From contig OZ024744.1 of assembly GCA_964016885.1 (NCBI GenBank), positions 120,032,001 to 120,096,000 of the forward strand: 64,000 bases of DNA. Reading direction: 5' to 3'. Position numbers and translations under genes: made by a program. Below the pieces are notes generated by a model, which was not told where the DNA came from, ran no database searches, and worked only from the letters and a program-made list of their open reading frames with translations. Positions within the stretch are counted from its first letter, which is position 1; each line of letters starts with the position of its first letter. Positions 55,151-64,000 of the stretch are shown piece after piece. This DNA is from Eledone cirrhosa (lineage: Eukaryota).

Positions 55151-58100
55151 ACATGTCTGTAGTATCAGAACTGTGATCTCTCAATTCAGAGATTCTTTCC
55201 TGATACATTCTAACCACATGTCATTGTATCAGAGCTGTGATCTCTCAATTCAGAGATTCTTTCCTGAGACATTCTAACCACGTCATAGTATCAGAGCTGT
55301 GATATCTCAATTCAGAGATTCTTTCCTGAGACATTCTAATCACATGTCATAGTATCAGAGCTGTGATCTCTCAATTTAGATATTCTTTCCTGAGATATTC
55401 TAACCACATATCATAGTATTAGAGCTGTAACCTCTCAATTCAGAGGTTCTTTCCTGAGACATTCTAACCACATGTCTGTAGTATCAGAGCTGTGATCTCT
55501 CAATTAAGAGATTCTTTCCTGGGACATTCTAACCACATGTCATAGTATCTGGGCTGTGATCTCTCAATTCAGAGATTCTTTCCTGAGACATTCTAACCAC
55601 ATGTCATAGTATCGGAGCTGTCATCTCTCAATTCAGAGATTCTTTCCTGAGACATTCTAACCACATGTCATAGTATCAGAGCTGTGATCTCTCAATTCAG
55701 AGATTCTTTCCTGAGACATTCTAACCACATGTCATAGTATCGGAGCTGTCATCTCTCAATTCAGAGATTCTTTCCTGAGACATTCTAACCACATGTCTGT
55801 AGTATCAGAGCTGTGATCTCTCAATTTAGAGATTCTTTCCTGAGATATTCTAATCACATGTCATAGTATCATAGCTGTCATCTCTCAATTCAGAGATTCT
55901 TTCCTGAGACATTCTAACCACATGTCATAGTATCAGAGCTATGATCTCTCAATTTAGAGATTCTTTCAAGAGATATTCTAACCACATGTCATAGTATCAG
56001 AGCTGTGATCTCTCAATTCAGAGATTCTTTCCTGAGACATTCTAACCACATGTAATAGTATTAGATCTGTGATCTCTCAATTTAGAGATTCTTTCCTGAG
56101 ACATTCTAACTCCATGTCCACAGTATCAGGGCTGTGGTCTCTCAATTTAGAGATTCTTTCCTGAGATATTGTAACTACATGTCATAGTATTAGAGATGTG
56201 ATCTCTCAATTCAGAGATTCTTTCCTGAGACATTCTAACCACATGTCTGTAGTATCAGAGCTGTATGCTCTCAATTCAGAGATTCTTTCCTGAGACATTC
56301 TAACCACATGTCATAGTATCAGAGCTGTTATCTCTCAATTCAGAGATTCTTTCATGAGATATTCTAACCACATGTCATAGTATCAGAGCTGTGATATCTC
56401 AATTCAGAGATTCTTTCCTGAGACATTCTAACCACATGTCTGTAGTATCAGAGCTGTATGCTCTCAATTCAGAGATTCTTTCCTGAGACATTCTAACCAC
56501 ATGTCATAGTATTAGAAATGTGATCTCTCAATTCAGAGATTCTTTCCTGAGACATTCTTACCACATGGCATAGTATCAGAGCTGTGATATCTCAATTCAG
56601 AGATTCTTTCCTGGGACATTCTTACCACATGTCGTAGTATCAGAGCTGTGATCTCTCAATTTAGAGATTCTTTCCTGAGACATTCTAACCACATGTCATA
56701 GTATCAGAGCTGTAATCTCTCAATTCAGAGATTCTTTCCTGAGACATTCTAACCATATGTCATCGTATCAGAGCTGTGATCTCTCAATTTAGAGATTCTT
56801 TCATGAGATATTCTAACCACATGTCATAATATCAGAGCTATGATCTCTCAATTCAGAGATTCTTTCCTGAGACATTCTAACCACATGTCTGTAGTATCAG
56901 AACTGTGATCTCTCAATTCAGAGATTCTTTCCTGATACATTCTAACCACATGTCATTGTATCAGAGCTGTGATCTCTCAATTCAGAGATTCTTTCCTGAG
57001 ACATTCTAACCACGTCATAGTATCAGAGCTGTGATATCTCAATTCAGAGATTCTTTCCTGAGACATTCTAATCACATGTCATAGTATCAGAGCTGTGATC
57101 TCTCAATTTAGATATTCTTTCCTGAGATATTCTAACCACATATCATAGTATTAGAGCTGTAACCTCTCAATTCAGAGGTTCTTTCCTGAGACATTCTAAC
57201 CACATGTCTGTAGTATCAGAGCTGTGATCTCTCAATTAAGAGATTCTTTCCTGGGACATTCTAACCACATGTCATAGTATCTGGGCTGTGATCTCTCAAT
57301 TCAGAGATTCTTTCCTGAGACATTCTAACCACATGTCATAGTATCAGAGCTGTGATCTCTCAATTCAGAGATTCTTTCCTGAGACATTCTAACCACATGT
57401 CATAGTATCGGAGCTGTCATCTCTCAATTCAGAGATTCTTTCCTGAGACATTCTAACCACATGTCATAGTATCAGAGCTGTGATCTCTCAATTCAGAGAT
57501 TCTTTCCTGAGACATTCTAACCACATGTCATAGTATCGGAGCTGTCATCTCTCAATTCAGAGATTCTTTCCTGAGACATTCTAACCACATGTCTGTAGTA
57601 TCAGAGCTGTGATCTCTCAATTTAGAGATTCTTTCCTGAGATATTCTAATCACATGTCATAGTATCATAGCTGTCATCTCTCAATTCAGAGATTCTTTCC
57701 TGAGACATTCTAACCACATGTCATAGTATCAGAGCTATGATCTCTCAATTTAGAGATTCTTTCAAGAGATATTCTAACCACATGTCATAGTATCAGAGCT
57801 GTGATCTCTCAATTCAGAGATTCTTTCCTGAGACATTCTAACCACATGTAATAGTATTAGATCTGTGATCTCTCAATTTAGAGATTCTTTCCTGAGACAT
57901 TCTAACTCCATGTCCACAGTATCAGGGCTGTGGTCTCTCAATTTAGAGATTCTTTCCTGAGATATTGTAACTACATGTCATAGTATTAGAGATGTGATCT
58001 CTCAATTCAGAGATTCTTTCCTGAGACATTCTAACCACATGTCTGTAGTATCAGAGCTGTATGCTCTCAATTCAGAGATTCTTTCCTGAGACATTCTAAC

Positions 58101-58190
58101 CACATGTCATAGTATCAGAGCTGTTATCTCTCAATTCAGAGATTCTTTCATGAGATATTCTAACCACATGTCATAGTATCAGAGCTGTGA
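54770..58190 (+). repeat. Tandem duplication, offset 1732-1796 bp (27-28 monomers)
   Basis: TAGAAATG 54781/56513, GCTGTAATC 54977/56709, ATCAGGGCTGTGG 56125/57921. Confidence 0.9.
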
Positions 58191-61100
58191 CCTCTCAATT
58201 CAGAGATCCTTTCCGGGGATATTCTAACCTCATGTCATAGTATCAGAGCTGTGATCTCTCAAATCAGAGATTCTTTCCTGAGACATTCAAACCACATATC
58301 ATAGTATTAGAGCTGTGATCTCTCAATTCAGAGATTCTTTCCTGAGACATTCTTACCACATGTCGTAGTATCAGAGCTGTGATCTCTCAATTTAGAGATT
58401 CTTTCCTGAGACATTCTAACCACATGTCATAGTATCAGAGCTGTGATCTCTCAATTCAGAGATTCTTTCCTGAGACATTCTAATCACATGTCATAGTATC
58501 AGAGCTGTGATATCTCAATTGAGAGATTCTTTCCTGAGATATTTTAACCACATATCATAGTATCAGAGCTGTCATCTCCCAATTCAGAGATTCTTTCCTG
58601 AGACATTCTAACCACATGTCATTGTATCAGAGATGTCTTCTCTCAATTCAGAGATTCTTTCCTGAGACATTCTAACCACATGTCATAATATCAGAGCCGT
58701 GATCTCTTAATTCAGAGATTCTTTCATCAGACATTCTAACCACATCTCATAATATCGGAGCTGTGATCTCTCAATTCAGAGATTCTTTCCTGAGACATTC
58801 TAACCACATGTCATAGTATCAGATCTGTGATCTCTCAATTCAGAGATTATTTCCTGAGATATTCTAACCACATATCATAGTATCAGATCTGTCATCTCTC
58901 AATTCAGAGATTCTTTCCTGAGACATTCTAACCACATGTCATAATATCAGAGCTGTGATCTCTTAATTTAGAGATTCTTTCCTGAGATATTCTAACCACA
59001 TGTCATAGTATTAGAGATGTGATCTCTCAATTCAGAGATTCTTTCCTGAGATATTCTAACCACATCTCTGTAGTATCAGAGCTGTATGCTCTCAATTCTG
59101 AGATTCTTTCCTGAGACATTCTAACCTCATGTCATAGTATCAGAGCTGTGATCTCTCAATTCAGAGATTCTTTCCTGAGACATTCTAACCACATGGCATA
59201 GTATCAGAGCTGTGATATCTCAATTCAGAGATTCTTTCCTGAGACATTCTTACCACATGTCGTAGTATCAGAGCTGTGATCTCTCAATTTAGAGATTCTT
59301 TCCTGAGACATTCTAACCACATGTCATAGTATCAGAGCTGTGATCTCTCAATTCAGAGATTCTTTCCTGAGACATTCTAACCACATGTCATCGTATCAGA
59401 GCTGTGATCTCTCAATTTAGAGATTCTTTCATGAGATATTCTAACCACATGTCATAATATCAGAGCTATGATCTCTCGATTCAGAGATTCTTTCCTGAGA
59501 CATTCTAACCACATGTCTGTAGTATCAGAACTGTGATCTCTCAATTCAGAGATTCTTTCCTGATACATTCTAACCACATGTCATAGTATCAGAGCTGTGA
59601 TCTCTCAATTCAGAGATTCTTTCCTGAGACATTCTAACCACGTCATAGTATCAGAGCTGTGATATCTCAATTCAGAGATTCTTTCCTGAGACATTCTAAT
59701 CACATGTCATAGTATCAGAGCTGTGATCTCTCAATTAAGAGATTCTTTCCTGGGACATTCTAACCACATGTCATAGTATCTGGGCTGTGATCTCTCAATT
59801 CAGAGATTCTTTCCTGAGACAGTCTAACCACATGTCATAGTATCAGAGCTGTGATCTCTTAATTTAGAGATGCTTTCATGAGATATTCTAACCACATGTC
59901 ATAGTATCAGATATGTGATCTCTCAATTCAGAGATTCTTTCCTGAGACATTCTAACCACATGTCATAGTATCGGAGCTGTCATCTCTCAATTTAGAGATT
60001 CTTTCCTGAGACATTCTAACCACATGTCATAGTATCAGAGCTATGATCTCTCAATTTAGAGATTCTTTCAAGAGATATTCTAACCACATGTCATAGTATC
60101 AGAGCTGTGATCTCTCAATTCAGAGATTCTTTCCTGAGACATTCTAACCACATGTAATAGTATTAGATCTGTGATCTCTCAATTTAGAGATTCTTTCCTG
60201 AGACATTCTAACTCCATGTCCACAGTATCAGAGCTGTGGTCTCTCAATTTAGAGATTCTTTCCTGAGACATTCTAACCACATGTCATAGTATCAGAGCTG
60301 TGATCTCTCAATTCAGAGATCCTTTCCAGGGATATTCTAACCTCATGTCATAGTATCAGAGCTGTGATCTCTCAATTCAGAGATTCTTTCCTGAGACATT
60401 CAAACTACATGTCATAGTATTACAGCTGTGATCTCTCAATTCAGAGATTCTTTCCTGAGACATTCTAACCACATGTCATAGTATCAGAGCTGTGATCTCT
60501 CAATTCAGAGATTCTTTCCTGAGACATTCTAACCACATGTCATAGTATCAGAGCTGTGATATCTCAATTGAGAGATTCTTTCCTGAGATATTTTAACCAC
60601 ATATCATAGTATCAGAGCTGTCATCTCTCAATTCAGAGATTCTTTCCTGAGACATTCTAACCACATGTAATAGTATCAGAGCGGTGATCTCTCAATTTAG
60701 AGATTCTTTCATGAGATATTCTAACCACATGTCATAATATCAGAGCTATGATCTCTCAATTCAGAGATTCTTTCCTGAGACGTTCTAACCTCATGTCTGT
60801 AGTATCAGAGCTGTGATCTCTCAATTCAGAGATTCTTTCCTGATACATTCTAACCACATGTCATAGTATCAGAGCTGTGATCTCTCAATTCAGAGATTCT
60901 TTCCTGAGACATTCTAACCACGTCATAGTATCAGAGCTGTGATATCTCAATTCAGAGATTCTTTCCTGAGACATTCTAATCAGATGTCATAGTATCAGAG
61001 CTGTGATCTCTCAATTTAGATATTCTTTCCTGATATATTCTAACCACATGTCATAGTATTAGAGCTGTGATATCTCAATTCAGAGGTTCTTTCCTGAGAC

Positions 61101-64000
61101 ATTCTAACCACATGTCTGTAGTATCAGAGCTGTGATCTCTCAATTAAGAGATTCTTTCCTGGGACATTCTAACCACATGTCATAGTATCAGGGTTGTGAT
61201 CTCTCAATTCAGAGATTCTTTCCTGAGACATTTTAACCACATGTCATAGTATCAGAGCTGTGATCTCTTAATTTAGAGATTCTTTCATGAGATATTCTAA
61301 CCACATGTCATATTATCAGAGCTGTGATATCTCAATTCAGAGATGCTTTCCTGAGACATTCTAACCACATGTCATAGTATCAGAGCTGTGATCTCACAAT
61401 TCAGAGATTCTTTCCTGAGACATTCTAACCACATGTCATAGTATCAGAGCTTTGATATCTCAATTCAGAGATTCTTTCCTGAGATATTCTAACCACATGT
61501 CATAGTATCAGAGATGTCTTCTCTCAATTCAGAGATTCTTTCCTGAGACATTCTAACCACATGTCATAATATCAGAGCTGTGATCTCTTAATTTAGAGAT
61601 TCTTTCATGAGATATTCTAACCACATGTCATAGTATCAGAGCTGTGATCTCTCAATTTAGAGATTCTTTCATGAGATATTCTAACCACATGTCATAATAT
61701 CAGAGCTATGATCTCTCAATTCAGAGATTCTTTCCTGAGACATTCTAACCTCATGTCTGTAGTATCAGAGCTGTGATCTCTCAATTCAGAGATTCTTTCC
61801 TGATACATTCTAACCACATGTCATAGTATCAGAGCTGTGATATCTCAATTCAGAGATTCTTTCCTGAGACATTCTAATCACATGTCATAGTATCAGAGCT
61901 GTGATCTCTCAATTTAGATATTCTTTCCTGAGATATTCTAACCACATGTCATACTATTAGAGCTGTGATCTCTCAATTAAGAGATTCTTTCCTGGGACAT
62001 TCTAACCACATGTCATAGTATCAGAGCTGTGATCTCTCAATTCAGAGGTTATTTCCTGAGACATTCTAACCACATGTCATAGTATCAGAGCTGTGATCTC
62101 TTAATTTAGAGATTCTTTCATGAGATATTCTAACCACATGTCATAGTATCAGAGCTGTGATCTCTCAATTCAGAGATTCTTTCCTGAGACATTCTAACCA
62201 CATGTCATAGTATCAGAGCTGTGATCTCTCAATTCAGAGATTCTTTCCTGAGACATTCTAACCACATGTCATAGTATCAGAGCTTTGATATCTCAATTCA
62301 GAGATTCTTTCCTGAGATATTCTAACCACATGTCATAGTATCAGAGATGTCTTCTCTCAATTCAGAGATTCTTTCCTGAGACATTCTAACCACATGTCAT
62401 AATATCAGAGCCGTGATCTCTTAATTTAGAGATTCTTTCATGAGATATTCTAACCACATGTCATAGTATCAGATCTGTGATCTCTCAATTCAGAGATTCT
62501 CTCCTGAGACATTCTAACCACATGTCATAGTATTAGAGCTGTGATCTCTCAATTCAGAGATTCTTTCCTGAGACATTCTAACCACATGTCACAGTATCAG
62601 AGCTGTGATCTCTCAATTCAGAGATTCTTTCCTCAGACATTCTAACCACATCTCATAGTATCGGAGCTGTGATCTCTTAATTGAGAGATTCTTTCCTGAG
62701 ACATTCTAACCACATGTCATAGTATCAGATCTGTGATCTCTCAATTCAGAGATTATTTCCTGAGATATTCTAACCACATATCATAGTATCAGATCTGTCA
62801 TCTCTCAATTCAGAGATTCTTTCCTGAGACATTCTAACCACATGTAATAGTATTAGATCTGTGATCTCTCAATTTAGAGATTCTTTCCTGAGACATTCTA
62901 ACTCCATGTCCACAGTATCAGAGCTGTGATCTCTCAATTTAGAGATTCTTTCCTGAGATATTCTAACCACATGTCATAGTATTAGAGATGTGATCTCTCA
63001 ATTCAGAGATTCTTTCCTGAGACATTCTAACCACATCTCTGTAGTATCAGAGCTGTATGCTCTCAATTCAGAGATTCTTTCCTGAGACATTCTAACCACA
63101 TGTCATAGTATCAGAGATGTCTTCTCTCAATTCAGAGATTCTTTCCTGAGACATTCTAACCACATGTCATAATATCAGAGCTATGATCTCTCAATTCAGA
63201 GATTCTTTCCTGAGATATTCTAACCTCATGTCTGTAGTATCAGAGCTGTGATCTCTCAATTCAGAGATTCTTTCCTGATACATTCTAACCACATGTCATA
63301 GTATCAGAGCTGTGATCTCTCAATTCAGAGATTCTTTCCTGAGACATTCTAACCACGTCATAGTATCAGAGCTGTGATATCTGAATTCAGAGATTCTTTC
63401 CTGAGACATTCTAATCACATGTCATAGTATCAGAGCTGTGATCTCTCAATTTAGATATTCTTTCCTGAGATATTCTAACCACATATCATAGTATTAGAGC
63501 TGTGATCTCTCAATTCAGAGGTTCTTTCCTGAGACATTCTAACCACATGTCTGTAGTATCAGAGCTGTGATCTCTCAATTAAGAGATTCTTTCCTGGGAC
63601 ATTCTAACCACATGTCATATTATCAGAGCTGTGATCTCTCAATTCAGAGGTTATTTCCTGAGACATTCTAACCACATGTCATAGTATCAGAGCTGTGATC
63701 TCTTAATTTAGAGATTCTTTCATGAGATATTCTAACCACATGTCATAGTATCAGAGCTGTGATCTCTCAATTCAGAGATTCTTTCCTGAGACATTCTAAC
63801 CACATGTTATAGTATCAGAGCTGTGATCTCTCAATTCAGAGATTCTTTCCTGAGACATTCTAACCACATGTCATAGTATCAGAGCTTTGATATCTCAATT
63901 CAGAGATTCTTTCCTGAGATATTCTAACCACATGTCATAGTATCAGAGATGTCTTCTCTCAATTCAGAGATTCTTTCCTGAGACATTCTAACCACATGTC

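Larger units (their letters stand above)
1..64000 (+). repeat. Tandem satellite array, 64-bp monomer, about 1000 head-to-tail copies, continuing beyond both window edges
   Basis: The consensus GATCTCTCAATTCAGAGATTCTTTCCTGAGACATTCTAACCACATGTCATAGTATCAGAGCTGT recurs throughout, mostly with 0-5 differences per copy. Length variants: 65 bp (CATGTCTGTAG, TCCATGTCCACAG, CAATTTCAGAGG), 62 bp (AACCACGTCATAG) and 61 bp (GACATTTAACCACGTC at ~30416 and ~37684). No unique sequence was seen. Confidence 0.99.

Noticed and set aside
1-64000. CRISPR-like array (palindromic repeat, 64-65 bp period)
   Set aside because: The period and hairpin are superficially similar, but the whole unit is conserved. There are no unique spacers, no leader and no cas genes.
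1-64000. tRNA, SINE or 5S rDNA tandem array
   Set aside because: The tRNA similarity is limited to the 12 nt complementary to the 3' end including CCA, which fits a PBS rather than a gene. No cloverleaf, A/B boxes or 5S sequence was seen.
1-64000. Intact or autonomous LTR retrotransposon or endogenous pararetrovirus
   Set aside because: No gag, pol or RT coding sequence, no plus-strand polypurine tract, no TSD and no non-satellite DNA in the window.

Overview
The whole 64 kb is one uninterrupted, single-orientation tandem satellite array of about 1000 copies of a 64-bp monomer (consensus GATCTCTCAATTCAGAGATTCTTTCCTGAGACATTCTAACCACATGTCATAGTATCAGAGCTGT, 25/64 = 39% GC, no CpG). I found no genes, RNA genes, CRISPR spacers, TE insertions or inversions; the four ORFs are chance read-throughs of about 3 monomers. 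The most interesting signal is that each monomer contains ...CA|TAGTATCAGAGC, one mismatch from TGGTATCAGAGC, the plant tRNA-iMet primer-binding site (PBS) of LTR retrotransposons and caulimovirids. Exact CA-TGGTATCAGAGC copies occur at 3902, 5314 and 9674, which suggests the satellite is an amplified LTR-end/PBS junction. Diagnostic variants show a loose higher-order repeat (HOR) of about 45-58 monomers, several nested recent duplications (offsets 4998, 3523, 7204/7268/9383, 1025/1090, 1344 and 1732 bp), and turnover of variants from left to right. Offsets were read by eye from marker variants, and block boundaries are approximate to about one monomer.
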